From Octopus vulgaris (lineage: Eukaryota): a DNA stretch of 64,000 nucleotides. A program made the position numbers and the translations under genes. The notes under the pieces are model-generated. The model had not been told where the DNA came from. It saw only the letters and a list, made by a program, of their open reading frames with translations, and ran no database searches. This document shows, piece by piece, positions 1 to 14,200 of this stretch. Within the stretch, counting starts at the first letter, position 1; every line of letters begins with the position of its first letter. The stretch lies in the NCBI GenBank assembly GCA_951406725.2, contig OX597827.1:68386001-68450000 (forward strand). The letters are read 5' to 3'.

Positions 1-103
1 TATTTATACTTAAAATAATTACATGAATTCGCTATGCCTTGGTGTAATCGCTTTAAAAGTTGCTAACAATTTCCAGTTCATACGTGCGTGCGTGGGTGAA
101 TGA

Positions 104-170
<67 letters not shown>

Positions 171-791
171 CACACGCACGCATATATATATATATATATA
201 AGGCTAAAATATCATTACTGCAGTGCACCAGTATATTTTATATTTTGAAAATGTCTGCAGCATTCGTTAAACAAATATATGTACGAACATCAATATCAGA
301 TATCAGATGTGGCTAAACAATATCACCATTGCCGTCTTTTGTAGCCAAACACTATCACCAACATCTGTAAGTGGTTACAGATATGTCTCTTGTCATGTCT
401 GATCATAGATATCACATGTCTAATGGGATTAGTGATATACTGGAGTCACGATCCATTACTAATATCGGTTACTCTAAATAATTAGATAATTCTGTTGTTG
501 TACGTAACTATTGATACGTTTCTATTATAGTATTGTGTATGTGAGACGGGTTGCGTTGTGTGAGAATGAGAGAGGATCTGTGTGAGAAAGGGACTTAAAG
601 AGAGTGGGAGGAGGAGGAGAGAGAGTGTGAGTGTTTGTGTTTGAGGAGGTGTGTCTTTTGTATGAGAGACTCAGATAGTGTGATTATACGTTGGAGAGAT
701 TCTGTAAGTTATGTGTCAAAAATCTTGCTTGTGTGTTTGAAGAAAAGAGACGGTGCGTTGGTGCTTGCGTGGATTATACTGCTGCCAATAC

Positions 792-1380
792 AAGGCGGCG
801 AGCTGGCAGAAACGTTAGCACGCCGGGCGAAATGCGTAGCCGTATTTCGTCTGCCGTTACGTTCTGAGTTCAAATTCCGCCGAGGTCGACTTTGCCTTTC
901 ATCCTTTCGGCGTCGATTAAATAAGTACCAATTACGCACTGGGGTCGATATAATCGACTTAATCCGTTTGTTTGTCCTCTCTGTGTGTAGCCCCTTGTGG
1001 GTAATAAAGAAATGGGTATTTCTTCTGTCGTTACGTTCTGAGTTCAAATTCGCCGAGGTCGACTATGCCTTTCATCTTTTCGGGTTCGATTAAATAAGTA
1101 CCAGTTACGCACTGGGGTCGATGTAATCGACTTAATCCGTGTGTCTGTCCTTGTTTGTCCCCTCTGTGTTTAGCCCCTTGTGGGCAGTAAAGAAATAGGT
1201 ATTTCGTCTGTCGTTACGTTCTCAGTTCAAATTCCGCGGATGTCGATTTTGCCTTTCATCCTTTCGGGGTCGATAAATAAGTACCAGTTTCGCACTGGAG
1301 TCGATGTAATCGACTTAATCCGTTTGTCTGTCCTTGTTTGTCCCCTTTATGTTTAGCCCCTTGTGGGCAATAAAGAAATA
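792..1380 (+). mobile_element. tRNA-derived SINE family A, head-to-tail trimer
   Basis: Head aaggcggcgagctggcagaaacgttag...gagttcaaattcc (A/B-box like). A ~182-bp body repeats three times. Flanked by the 15-bp direct repeat tatactgctgccaat (775-789, 1381-1395). Confidence 0.85.
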
Positions 1381-1460
1381 TATACTGCTGCCAATTACAA
1401 TGAATAGCAATGCCTGTAATACTAAATTGATCTCTGTTATTTTTTTTTTCATCTCTGCAG

Positions 1461-1757
1461 GGGCACACCAAAACTGCGACATTGATTTCGACGGAAGCGG
1501 AGGGGACATTGCGCATTCTTGGCACACGGGTAATATGCACTTTGATGACGACGAAAACTTCAAGGCGATTTACTCCCCATCTGTTGAGGGAATCTACCTC
1601 TTGCGAGTGGCTGTGCATGAAATTGGTCACGTGCTCGGCCTAAACCACACCGAAAAGGATCACTCGGTTATGTATGCAATTTACAATCAAGATAGCAGCG
1701 TTGATAGTGAATTCGAATTGGGATGGGACGATCGGAAAGATGTTCAGAAAATATACG
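1461..1757 (+). CDS. MMP21: MMP21-like matrix metalloproteinase, catalytic-domain exon (internal exon; 5' exons lie upstream of the window)
   Basis: Acceptor tctctgcag|1461, donor 1757|gtacgt, phase 1/1. Encodes ...FDGSGGDIAHSWHTGNMHFDDDENF...LLRVAVHEIGHVLGLNH...SVMY...FELGWDDRKDVQKIYG: metzincin HExxHxxGxxH zinc site plus Met-turn. Confidence 0.93.
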
Positions 1758-1793
1758 GTACGTTCTTTTATCTCATTTTACAGCATTTTATTT

Positions 1794-1838
<45 letters not shown>

Positions 1839-1848
1839 TATACATACA

Positions 1849-2189
<341 letters not shown>

Positions 2190-2231
2190 AGAAAATACGC
2201 ATGCTTACATAGTTTTAATATAATTTTTAAT

Positions 2232-2266
2232 ATATCGACCGGTTTCGCTATCGCTATTCATGATAT
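2232..2266 (-). ncRNA. Minimal type I hammerhead ribozyme-like motif (A3-U8 variant) inside a TA-flanked inverted repeat (2183-2337)
   Basis: Reverse complement reads atatc-ATGAATA-gc gata gc-GAAA-ccgg-TC-gatat: 5-bp stem I, 2-bp stem II, palindromic stem III, GUC site. Confidence 0.55.
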
Positions 2267-2341
2267 GTTTAGCGAAACCGGTCGATATATTAAAAATTAT
2301 ATTAAAACTATGTAAGTGTGCGTATTTTCTTTTTTAAATTT

Positions 2342-2390
<49 letters not shown>

Positions 2391-2812
2391 CGCGTCATAG
2401 GAATTTAGAAACTTCGAACAAGCGCGAAATATTTTTTTTTAAACAGTGATACTCAACGCAGGCAAAGCTTTAAAAAAAAGTAGCGCATAAATATTGGGTA
2501 AAAAGCCCTTTTGATAGAAAAATCGGAGGCTATAAGTTTTAGCATAGAACTTGTTACACGATTTCTTATTTGTCATATCTAACCCATAAATCCAAAGATT
2601 TTATTTGAGCTCGTAAATAAGCAATTGTGTATTATCAGCGTATTTTCAAGGGTGATAAAGCAACTTCCTTTTTTCAACCTTTCATCATTAATAAAAAGTA
2701 ACAAAATAGAATAAATTTTTTTAAAAAAAGATGCAAAGGAGAAATTTTGAATAATAACGAAAAACAAAACATTATCTTATTTTTGCTTGATTATTATTTT
2801 TTTTTTTTGCAG

Positions 2813-3067
2813 GTGTTTGTAGAGGTGCCTTCAATACAGTGTTCGATTGGGTTCGGAGACGACCAGATAATCGATTTATTTTCAATACCTACTTCTTCAG
2901 AGGTAACCGATACTGGATGTATGAGAATCATGCGAATCGAACACGATACGGGGACCCGCTCATTATTTCACGTGAGTGGAAAGGTGTGCCAAGCGATATT
3001 GATGCATATGTACACATCTGGTTCTACAACCATCCCGGAATTGTCGACGTCACCTATTTCTTTAAAG
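2813..3067 (+). CDS. MMP21: MMP21-like, first hemopexin-domain exon
   Basis: Polypyrimidine tract + tgcag|2813, donor 3067|gtatgt, frame-compatible with the previous exon. Encodes (G)VCRGAFNTVFDWVRR...TYFFRGNRYWMYENHANRTRYGDPL...IDAYVHIW...YFFKG. The FDW, YEN.NNRTRYGDP and DA.VHIW motifs and the absent hinge match vertebrate MMP21 as I recall it. Confidence 0.93.
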
Positions 3068-3510
3068 GTATGTATTAATTAAGAACCCTAAGTTAAATGT
3101 TTTTGAGGTGACCGGTAAGAAAGGTAACTTACTCCAACCACATAACTAAAAATATAATAAGATGAAACAAGTACTTTATTCGTTGAAATTGTTGTTCTTT
3201 AGGTTTGACCGCAAGTCTTCTTTGATCAAGTATATTTATAATCAAACATGTTCGGAATTTGGCCCTCCATTCCGTCTGTTGCTCTCGTTTTCAAGGCGTG
3301 TATGGCAATTTCAGTACATCAGGTTAACGGAAACGTCGGAAAGTAAGGATATATTTCTCCTGCCCACAGCAATAAACCCGCTTACCCAAGCTACCTATTT
3401 AAAGCCAAGTATGACTTCAGCTTAGCCGCATAGACCTGAGACAAAATGTGGTCCTTTTATTCGCTTGTTCGTCCTTTATATTCCCAACTGCATATATGTA
3501 TATCGCAAAA

Positions 3511-3823
3511 GCGCAATGGCCCAGTGGCTAGGGTAGCGGACTCGCGGTCGGAGGATCGCGGTTTCGATTCCCAGACCGGGCGTTGTGTGTGTTTATTGAG
3601 CGAAAACACCTAAAGCTCCACGAGCCTACCTGGTAGGGGTTAGTGGTGACTCCTGTTGTACTCTTTCACCCCAACTTTCTCTCGCTCTTTCTTCCTGTTT
3701 CTCGAGTAACGCTGCGATGGACTGGCGTCCCGACCAGCTGGGGGGAACACATACGCCACAGAAACCGGGAAACCGGGGCCCATGAGCCTGGCCAAGCTTG
3801 AAAAGGGCGCATAAATAAATAAA
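3511..3823 (+). mobile_element. tRNA-derived SINE, head C + tail i
   Basis: gcgcaatggcccagtgg...ggtttcgattccc head and gcgatggactggcgtccc...ataaataaat tail; near-identical copy at 49156-49465. Confidence 0.8.
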
Positions 3824-3981
3824 TAATAATATATGTATATCAAAGCCCAGCATATCTGTTATGCAGACACAACAATAACAGTAAAATAAAGGAAACCTGT
3901 AGACGAACTGATAAAACAGTCATATAAATTAAGAAACATACTAAAGACAAAATGGTTATTAAAACGCCACATTTTGTACAG

Positions 3982-4384
3982 TTTACTCTTTTACTCTTTT
4001 ACTTGTTTCAGTCATTTGACTGCGGCCATGCTGGAGCACCACCTTTAGTCGAGCAAATCAACCCCGGGACTTATTCGTTGTAAGCCCAGTACTTATTCTA
4101 TCAGTCTCTTTTGCTGAACCGCTAAGTGACGGGGGCGTAAACACACCAGCATCGGTTATCAAGCAATGCTAGGGGGACAAACACAGACACACAAACACAC
4201 ACACATACACATATATATATATATACATATATACGACAGGCTTCTTTCAGTTTCCGTCTACCAAATCCACTCACAAGGCATTGGTCGGCCCGGGGCTATA
4301 GCAGAAGACACTTGCCCAAGATGCCACGCAGTGGGATTGTGCCGGAACCATGTGGCTGGTAAGCAAGATACTTACCACACAGCC
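3982..4384 (-). mobile_element. tRNA/CORE-like SINE family B with internal (TA)n(TG)n tract
   Basis: Reverse complement of the family-B consensus (gtggctgtgtggtaag...ccttgggcaagtgtctt...tgactgaaacaagtaaaagag) present in more than 9 copies in this window. Confidence 0.85.
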
Positions 4385-4544
4385 AATTTTTGAGTTCTTG
4401 TTAGTTTTGCGAATTCTTTATACGCTTTCTTGTGATATTACGTACATGAAGCCCATCATTCAAAGAGAGAGAGGAAAAACTTCTATCAATCATAATTGAA
4501 GCCGCTACAAGAGAGAAATATAAATGTGATAGACTTGGTGGATA

Positions 4545-4929
4545 TCTTTATATATAAAAGTCAAGTTGTGTGTCTGTCTCCTACGATTTAGATTCCTAAC
4601 TGCGGTGCAGTTTAACCAAAACCGGGTATCTTATAGTCGTGATTCATATCGAGCCCTTCTGGGTATTAGCGCGCGCGTCTACGATGATTCTACGATTTAA
4701 AAAAAATTTACCATCATTTTTTTCCATTTTAATGCATTTTTTCGCTATTATATAAGGGAAGTAACACTCTAAAAATGTCTACGATGAGTCAACGATTTTT
4801 TTTTAAAATTACCATCATTTTCTTTTCCATTTTTAATGCATTTTTATGCTATTTTTTGGCTATAACTCTAAAAATGCTTATATAGTTATTTCCCTTACAA
4901 ACCCGAGCAACGCCGGGCGATACTGCTAG
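4545..4929 (+). mobile_element. Non-autonomous Helitron
   Basis: A|TC-tttatatataaaa 5' end; subterminal hairpin cccgagcaacgccggg then CTAG|T; no TSD. Confidence 0.75.
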
Positions 4930-5146
4930 TGTATTATATTATGATTACAGAATCGTCAAAAGGAGCAGCCAAAACATTAAACTACCAACAGGTGATTCAT
5001 AAGTTCAAATAAACTTCAGATATTTTATGACATCTTATTAAACGAGCTACAATAATACTTAATTATAAGATGTTGGACTTCTGGGAAATGAAATTACCTT
5101 TTACAGACTAGAGTCTTCTCAAACGCTTAGTTTCCTAATAGCTTAA

Positions 5147-5545
5147 TCTCTCTATATAAAGCTGAAGTTGTCTGTGTATGGCAGGTTTGGTACCCTTCAA
5201 CTAACACTATCTTCTCCGAGACCCTGCGGCGCAAGTTGACCAAAATTGAGAGTATGATAGACGAAGGCTTGCTCTTCATTCCGTAGAAGAAAAAATTCAA
5301 ATCGGACCATGTTAACACCAAAAATTATTTACATCAAATATATGCTTTTTTTCCTATGAAAATCCCTATTTTTTACGATTTTTTCACTGCTGTGTCGCCA
5401 TTTTTCGTTGTATTTCAACCAGATTAAATGTTCACTTAAAGAGAATAACAAGCTACATAATGCAACATTTTTTACTTTTCAAAAATTCCAATTCTAAAGG
5501 GTCGAAAAGAAAACAAACCCGAGCAACGCCGGGCGATACTGTTAG
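5147..5545 (+). mobile_element. Non-autonomous Helitron (second subfamily)
   Basis: A|TC 5' end, same 3' hairpin, TTAG|T end; full-length homologue at 23895-24286. Confidence 0.75.
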
Positions 5546-5614
5546 TGTTGTATAAACCAGTTTTGTGGTACCACAATGTTTCAATTAACTGACTCATCAT
5601 TTCCGTCTTTTCAG

Positions 5615-5790
5615 GTGAAAACTATTATATGTACGAAAGTATGGAGGCTAAAGTGCTTGACGGTTGGCCAAAGAAAATCTCGGAAGGTTTTGGTCCTAAA
5701 CCAAATGGCACTGATCGCATACCAAACAACGTGGACAGTGTCTTTTTTGACATGAGAGACAGCAACATATATTTCTTTAAAGATGACATG
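5615..5790 (+). CDS. MMP21: MMP21-like, hemopexin exon
   Basis: ttttcag|5615, donor 5790|gtaaat, phase 1 to 0. Encodes (G)ENYYMYESMEAKVLDGWPKKISEGFGPKPNGTDRIPNNVDSVFFDMRDSNIYFFKDDM (hemopexin PK.ISEGF and D..F...IYFFK motifs). Confidence 0.92.
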
Positions 5791-5928
5791 GTAAATATCA
5801 ACAAAATCATTTATACTTCATTCACTACAACCACTAGTAGTAGCAACATCAGTATAATTTTGACTACTACTGCTCCTGCTATAATCCTTTGCATCATGAT
5901 TATTATTATTATCATTATTATCATTGTT

Positions 5929-6142
5929 AAGGCGGCGAGCTGGCAGAAACGTTAGCGCACCGAGCCGTATTTCGTCTGCCGTTATGTTCTGAGTTCAAAT
6001 TCCGCCGAGGTCGACTTAGCCTTTCATCCTTTCGGGGTCGATATATTAAGTACCAGTGAAACATTGGATCGATGTAATCGACTAGACCCCCCCCCCACAC
6101 ACACACACACAATTTTAAGCATTGTGCTTATAGTAGAAAGGA
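5929..6142 (+). mobile_element. SINE family A, tail variant A2
   Basis: Family-A head and body ending ttgtgcttatagtagaaagga. Confidence 0.8.
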
Positions 6143-6522
6143 CCAGAAAGAACCATTACTATCGTTGTTGCTGTAACAGTCGTAGAAGTAGTTAAAGCCG
6201 TCATTACCATGAAACTCATTTAAACAGATCCCTAAACTCAAATGGTAAATGGAAACCGCGCTGTTCTATTTACATTCCTGCTTTTACTTCTGATCTTAGT
6301 TTTGTCTTGTTTTATGCCGTTTTTTGTTTGTTTATTTGTTAGTTTTTTTTTTCACTTTAAAACCCCGAAATATCTCAAGCCACGGTTCGTGTTTGTGAAA
6401 CTTTTCATGGCAGTCAACTTCCTTTCGGATATCCCATCCCTCACCACCCAGTTTCTCCAACACTACACAGCATCCATTTCATACAGCTATTTCCAGTAGC
6501 ACCACAGGCATTAGTCCAAAGT

Positions 6523-6642
6523 TTATATATATATATATATATATAAGCATGTATGTATGTATCTATGTATACGTAGATGCATACATATATATATATATAT
6601 ATATATATAGCATGTATGTATGTATCTATGTATACGTAGATG

Positions 6643-6679
<37 letters not shown>

Positions 6680-6711
6680 CATGTATGTATGTATCTATGT
6701 ATACGTAGATG

Positions 6712-6760
<49 letters not shown>

Positions 6761-6775
6761 ATGTATACGTAGATG

Positions 6776-6812
<37 letters not shown>

Positions 6813-6820
6813 AGTAGATG

Positions 6821-6856
<36 letters not shown>

Positions 6857-6900
6857 CATGTATGTATGTATCTATGTATACGTAGATGCATATATATATA
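6523..6900. repeat. Compound tandem repeat: (TA)n interleaved with a catgtatgtatgtatctatgtatacgtagatgcata unit
   Basis: Unit visible about 5 times with variable TA spacers. Confidence 0.85.
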
Positions 6901-6944
6901 TATACATGTATATGTTATGATATGTATACACTTAATATTTATGA

Positions 6945-6992
<48 letters not shown>

Positions 6993-7091
6993 CTCCTTAA
7001 AAACGTGTGTGTGTGTGTGTGTGTGATTATGTATATTTGTATGTAGGGGAATGTTTATGGGCACGAGTGTACGTGCGTGTGTATATGTGAG

Positions 7092-7124
<33 letters not shown>

Positions 7125-7602
7125 CATAAATATTTCTTAGATTATGTAAAATTCGGGTTATTTCCATTGTTGTTATTCGTTTTTAACCACCATCTACCAC
7201 AGGGGAGGCTATGTAAGAAATTTAATAGACGTCGTTTCAACAGTAAATAGCGTATCGTATTCAAGGCATTCTTTGAGAGTGTAGACTATTCTCTCAGGGC
7301 ATTCATTTGAAATTTCTAAATAGTTTTTTGTTTTGTTGTTTTGTTTTATTGTGTGTTTTCTGCTTCTTTTTATGCTTGTTCTTTTTGTGTGTGTGTGCGC
7401 GTGTGTGTGTTTTTCTTTTGCTTGAGACCATTGTGTTAAAAATAGTGTCAACCACAACCAGCCCCGCTCTCTCCTCGGCGACCTTCAATCCTCTGTCCTT
7501 AACTATACGTCTTCATCTAACATCTGATGTTACAGATCGACGGGATCCTTTGATAAACTCAAAGCACAACATTGATAGGCAGCGAGATGGACACAGATAT
7601 AT

Positions 7603-7996
7603 GTGGCTGTGTGGTAAGTAGCTTGCTAACCAACCACATGGTTCCGGGTTTAGTCCCACTGCGTGGCTGGCATCTTGGGCAAGTGTCTTCTGCTATAGCA
7701 CCGGGCCGACCAATGCCTTGTGAGTGGATTTGGTAGATGGAAACTGAAAGAAGCCTGTCGTATATATGTATATATATATATATATGTATGTGTGTGTCTG
7801 TGTTTGTCCCCCTAGCATTGCTTGACAACCGATGGTGGTATGTTTACGTCCCCGTCACTTAGCGGTTCGGCAAAAGAGACCGATAGAATAAGTACTGGAC
7901 TTACAAAAGAATAAGTCCCAGGGTCGATTTGCTCGACTAAAGGCGGTGCTCCAGCATGGCCGCAGTCAAATGACTGAAACAAGTAAAAGAGTAAAA
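7603..7996 (+). mobile_element. SINE family B
   Basis: Full head-microsatellite-tail structure; inverted relative to the copy at 3982-4384. Confidence 0.85.
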
Positions 7997-8003
7997 AAAA
8001 AGA

Positions 8004-8121
<118 letters not shown>

Positions 8122-8584
8122 AGAGACAGACAGAGACATTTTGTATAATTATGGTAGTTAAACAGAAAATTCCTTTAGGTTTTAATGTTTGGAGAAAGTT
8201 GCTTTCAAGAAGGCGAAACAACGCTAAACATTTTAGCAAAATATGAAACGGTGTTCTAATCATATTGGCTGGAGGTCGATTCTTGGTATTTCTCGAAAAT
8301 AATAGCAAAAGGGTTTAATTCTCGTAAATGTCATCCTAGGAAAGAAATGGTTAAATGGTTTCTGTAGGTGAAAAAAAAAGAGAGAGAGAGAGAGGAAAAA
8401 AATTAGTCTATGCTATCAGTATTTGTTCTTTATTTTATCGAACCCAGAATTATAAAAGGCAGTGTTGACTTCTGCGAGATTAGAACTCAGAATCTCGAGC
8501 ATCAAAACAAATGTCAAACAGCATTTTTTCCCCGATACTGTAACGCTTCTACTAATTAATTATCATAATTAATCCCTGTTGGTA

Positions 8585-9056
8585 AGGCAGTGAGCCGGCA
8601 GAGTCGTTAAGCACGCTTGACAATACGCTTAGCTGTATTTCACCCGTCGTTATGTTCCGAGTTCAAATTCCACCGAGGTCGACTTTGCTTTTCATCCTTA
8701 CGGAGTCGATAAAATACGTACCAGTTCAACTCTGGGGTCGATGTAATCGACTAGCCCCCACCCACCAAATTTCAGACCTTGTGCCTTTAGTAGAAAGGAT
8801 TATTATTATTATTATTATTATTATTATTGGCGAGCTGGCAGAACCGTTAGCATCCTGGGCGAAATGCGTAGCCGTATTTCGTCTGCCGTTACGTTCTGAG
8901 TTCAAATTCCGCCGAGGTCGACTTTGCCTTTCATCCTTTCGAAGTCGATAAATTAAGTACCAGTTACGTACTGGGTTCGATGTAATCGACTTATTTCATT
9001 TGTCTGTCCTTGTTTGTCCCTTCTATGTTTAGCCCCTTGTGGGTAATAAAGAAATA
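8585..9056 (+). mobile_element. Two adjacent SINE family A copies (A2 then A1) separated by (ATT)n
   Basis: Both carry gagttcaaattcc.ccgaggtcgactttgc...; different 3' tails. Confidence 0.8.
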
Positions 9057-9174
9057 TAATTATTATCATTATTATTATTATTATTATTATTAAAATTGCT
9101 GTTGTTCTTGTTAGTATTCTATATATATATGTGTGTAGAGAATAATATTTTGCTTTGGTTTCTCTCCTTCCTAG

Positions 9175-9507
9175 GTCTATGTTTACAATCCACGAGGAGA
9201 AGGTGCCCCTTCAAAGACCGGCTGCTGCGAGAGAATTAGCAAAATTACCGACGAATTTCCTGCTGCAAAAGGCGAGCGTCCACTCGAGGGGAATCTTGAT
9301 GCCGTTTACTATTCATACAAGAAACAATCAATGTATTTTCTGAAAGGCGAGGACGTTTGGAGGAACAGCAACTTCAGCCGGCGACAAAGTCCGCGAAAGA
9401 ACACGATTCGTTATGAGGGCAAATGGTACGACCATTGGTACGACATATGTGATGTGAAGTCGGACACGTCTGCTACTAGCGGCATGATCAACTATGCAGG
9501 CGATTGA
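9175..9507 (+). CDS. MMP21: MMP21-like, terminal coding exon (missed in this frame by the ORF track)
   Basis: tctctccttcctag|9175, phase 0. Translated by hand: [110 protein letters not shown], stop TGA 9505-9507. W.D.CDV closes the hemopexin disulfide. Confidence 0.92.
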   Translation, partial: VYVYNPRGEGAPSKTGCCERISKITDEFPAAKGERPLEGNLDAVYYSYKKQSMYFLKGEDVWRNSNFSRRQSPRKNTIRYEGKWYDHWYDICDVKSDTSATSGMINYAGD

Positions 9508-9631
9508 TTTGTGATAGACGTAGGAGGCAAATACCTGAGATACAACATCTTAAAACGCATACATATAAATAAATACATATATATATATATGCATAGAAAA
9601 TGCATATGTATTTCCGTGTATATATATATAC

Positions 9632-9681
<50 letters not shown>

Positions 9682-10428
9682 ATACATGTGTGTATATATA
9701 TATGTATACATATATATAAACATACATTTGTGTTTATATGTATATATATATATATACATACTGTTATAAATATATATATACATACTGTTATATATATATA
9801 CACTATGTTATAGATATATATATACACATACTATATTATATATATATATACACATACTATGTTATATATATATATATATATATACACATACTATGTTATA
9901 TATATATACAATGTATATAGATATATATAGATCATATATATATGTTTATATATATATATATATACTTGTATATATGTATATATACACAATGTGTACAATA
10001 TATATATACCATATATATATATGTTCATATATATATATATTTGTGTATGTATATGCATATGTATGCATGTATGTATGTACGTATATATACACACAACAAA
10101 GACATGATGAACTATTCAAACGGAAAAAAATAGTGCAAAAGCATCCCATGAGGAGACAAGAAATACAAGAAAGCACCAGATTTTGGAAAGAGAAAGAGTC
10201 GAGGGTGGGGAGAAGACAAACAGAGAGAAAGAGAGTGAGTGAGAGAGAGAGAGAGACAGTGAGTGAGTGATGGGAAGAGCTGAGTGAAACAGCTGAACGA
10301 ACAGACAAGGAAGGAGGTAGAATAAAGATTTTCAGAGTGTTTCGAAACCGGAACAGTTCCACAGTTCCAAGGTGAACCAAATCCTTTTCAGGAATATTTT
10401 GGGGCAAGAATTTCAAGTATAAATTAAC

Positions 10429-10466
<38 letters not shown>

Positions 10467-10510
10467 TATTAGATTGCACTGAGTTTTTAATTCATAATCA
10501 CACACACGCT

Positions 10511-10546
<36 letters not shown>

Positions 10547-10589
10547 ATGTATTTATACATTCTATATGCCAGTGTGCGTGTTTTGTCTG

Positions 10590-10634
<45 letters not shown>

Positions 10635-11815
10635 CATACATACATACGTGTATGTACTTATATATGAATGTATATATATATATATGCATACATATATGCG
10701 TATGTGTTGTTGTTGTTATTATTGTTATTATTATTATAAATTCAATAATATATTATAGTCTCACAATAGCCAAAAAAACAAGCGATTTCATTTCAGAGTT
10801 GGAGAACACACTCCATCAATCATCAGAAACAGCCGATGTTTGGCTGAATTAGTTCTCCATCTTTGATACGAAATCAACTGGTAAGGCTATAACGTGACAT
10901 TAATATAGTTTTGTATCAGTAATGATAATACTATGTATGTTTGTGTGTATGTGTGCAGTCAAATGTTAAATTCGAGGGTCACTCAATATCTTTCAGCTCC
11001 AAAATATATTTACCTTATGTTTCACAAGCTAAAAGTTTACAGTTGTTTCAAAGTTTCGGTAAAGTAACCTGCATTATACTGTCTACTAAACTGAAACTTC
11101 GATGTAACTGCCAACTTTTTCCTTGTAAAAATATATATGTATATATATGTATATATATATATATATACATATACACACGCGAGTTATTTTGACTCTGCGA
11201 ACGAAGCCTGTTACATTTATATTCCAGTAATCTTTTACTGATACAGATCAATTATTTTATCTGATCATTATAATTCCTCTGATTTTCCAATCTTTATATT
11301 GTACCTCCCTTTCGCATTTATACATTTATTTTGTTTTATAAAATGGGTCTATCACTTGAATATTTATAATTATCACTTTAAAAAACAAAATTCTTGTCAA
11401 TTCATATTCTTTAAAAGCTAGAATTTATAATAATAATAATTATTGATATTGTTGTTATTGAAGATACATACATGGCAGGATATGTATGTGTATGTAGATA
11501 TGTGTATGTTTGTGTTCACGCCCTTAAGTGTATGTATGCGTGTATTGTATTTAAATATAGGCAGATACGTACAGAGCAGTCTCAAGTGTTGAGAACTACT
11601 TCAAGCATACGTAAATTTTATTGATACGTACATATATACACACACACGCGCGCGCACACATATATACAATTAGATGCCTCTGTGTTTTTACATATATAAA
11701 GGTGTATGTGCATATACATATATGTGTGCGTGTATATATGATATACATAAATACATACATATAATTATATATATATACATAATGATATATATATATATAT
11801 ATGTATAATCATTTA

Positions 11816-11857
<42 letters not shown>

Positions 11858-12668
11858 TGTATATATAATATATATGAATACGTGTATGTATATAAATATA
11901 TATATATATATATTTATTTATATATATGAATATGTGTACATATGTATATATATAGTATATATGAATATGTGTATATATATGAATATATATAGTATATATG
12001 AATATGTGTATATATATGAATATATTATATGTATATATATATATATATATATGAAATCATAATTTATTTATTAAATTATTATTGATATATTTTTGAACAG
12101 TGTATTTCTAAATACTGTAGGATGCCATTTTTATATGCAAAAAAATTATTGTATACATGTATGTTGTGTGTTCGTCAATGCATGTCTCAGCTAATAAACA
12201 GCCTGGCGCAAAATTCACGTAGTTTTAATCAATTAAAAAATAATTATTTAAATAATAAATATATCTTTACCATATCTGTGCATGATCCAGAAAAGTTTTT
12301 TAAAATGCGTTCATTGCAGACTTTTCCCCTCTTATGACTATAGGAATTACACTGTTCCTGGAGATGATACCTCTATCACTCTTTCTCTGAAGCATTATAT
12401 ACCCAGGTATATATGTGCACTTGCTTATGTGTTTTTTTCTCCTCTCTGTAAGCAAATACGAAGGGATAGCTTTTGTTGTTTTCCGTCTCCCAAGTTTTGG
12501 AAATGAGCTAATTCCATAAGGAGCTCTGAAAAAGAAAACAAAAATCAATATTTCGATCGTTATATATAATGGTTATTACAAATAATGACACCAACTCCCA
12601 AGTATATTTTTTAATACTTTTATCTCTATTCAAAATATTGCAGGAGAAACTTCTCAAAACTAAAGCAC

Positions 12669-12714
<46 letters not shown>

Positions 12715-12968
12715 ATTATTATTATTATTATTATTATTACTACTACTACTACTACTATTATTATTACCATCATTATTATTACTGCTACTATTATTTGAGT
12801 TCAAATCCCACCGAGGGCAACTTTGACTTTTATCCCTCCGAGGAAGACTTGGCCTGTCATCATATCGGAGTCATTGAAACAATTACGAGTTATTGCGCAC
12901 CGGGATCGGTGTATTCGACCATCCCACTTCCCCCAAAAAATTTCAGGCTTTGTGCCTACAGTAGAAAA

Positions 12969-13005
<37 letters not shown>

Positions 13006-13131
13006 ATCATTATTACTATTATTTTTTTTTCTGTCAAATATATCAATTGTTTGTTCCTTTAAATGAGGGACTTCTGATATTAATTCTTTTCGAAATATTA
13101 TTCGATATTATGCCAAATCGATTAGCCATTG

Positions 13132-13193
<62 letters not shown>

Positions 13194-13416
13194 CAAATAC
13201 CGAACAACTTCCTCTATATTAACATTAACCGAAATCTAAAAGAATGTTAATAAGGATAGTAACACGGATATGACTGTCGGTTATAAAGCAACTTATTTAT
13301 TCAAACATGTATTATTCTAAAAACAAGTAAAAAATATTACAGTCAGTAAAAGAAATTCGGCTATTTCCCATTTTTTTTCTGCCAAAGGAATTTTGACTTC
13401 TGTACCTTTTAGGAAG

Positions 13417-13453
<37 letters not shown>

Positions 13454-13934
13454 GTATTAACCACATGTCGCGATCCATTCAAAGATGAATGAATAATGTC
13501 GGAATTTAAATGGAATTGAATAAAATGAAACAAAAAAAAGAAAAGAAAAGAAATGTGTAAAAATAAATATAAAATAATAACAACGCAAAAAAGTCCGAAA
13601 TTTAGAATGAAATTATAAAGTACTGATGAAGTTAAAAATAATAACAAAAATAATTTTAAAAAAAGCAACGGAAAAACTAAAATACGAAACGAAAATACAT
13701 ATACTTGCTGTCATGGAATAATGCTAACACAGGCAAACACAAGAAAAGTGGAATTTTATCATGTGTTAAAAGACAATAAAAAAAAAGAGGAAAAAAAGCG
13801 AAATAATTAAAAAGCCACACAAATGATTTCTTCAGTATTTTTTTTTTTTTTTTGGAATATTTAAATTAATGAAGTACCAAGAAAACAATTCGGTGTTAAC
13901 ATGTTTAATGAACAAACAATAACAGAATACGTGT

Positions 13935-14163
13935 GTATACGTTACATATATATATACACATATATACATATATATATATACATATACATACATATATATA
14001 TACATATATATATATGCATATATATATACATATATATATGTGCACATATATATATATACATATATATATGTGCATATATATATACATATATATATGTGCA
14101 TATATATATACATATATATATGTTCATATATATACATATATATATATACATATATATATATAC

Positions 14164-14200
<37 letters not shown>

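Noticed and set aside
9155-9343. ORF-track peptides at 9155-9343 and 2747-3082
   Set aside because: Wrong-frame overlaps of the real MMP21 exons.
13623-13629. CTGATGA hammerhead or C/D-box-like word
   Set aside because: No stem II, GAAA or stem I partner nearby.
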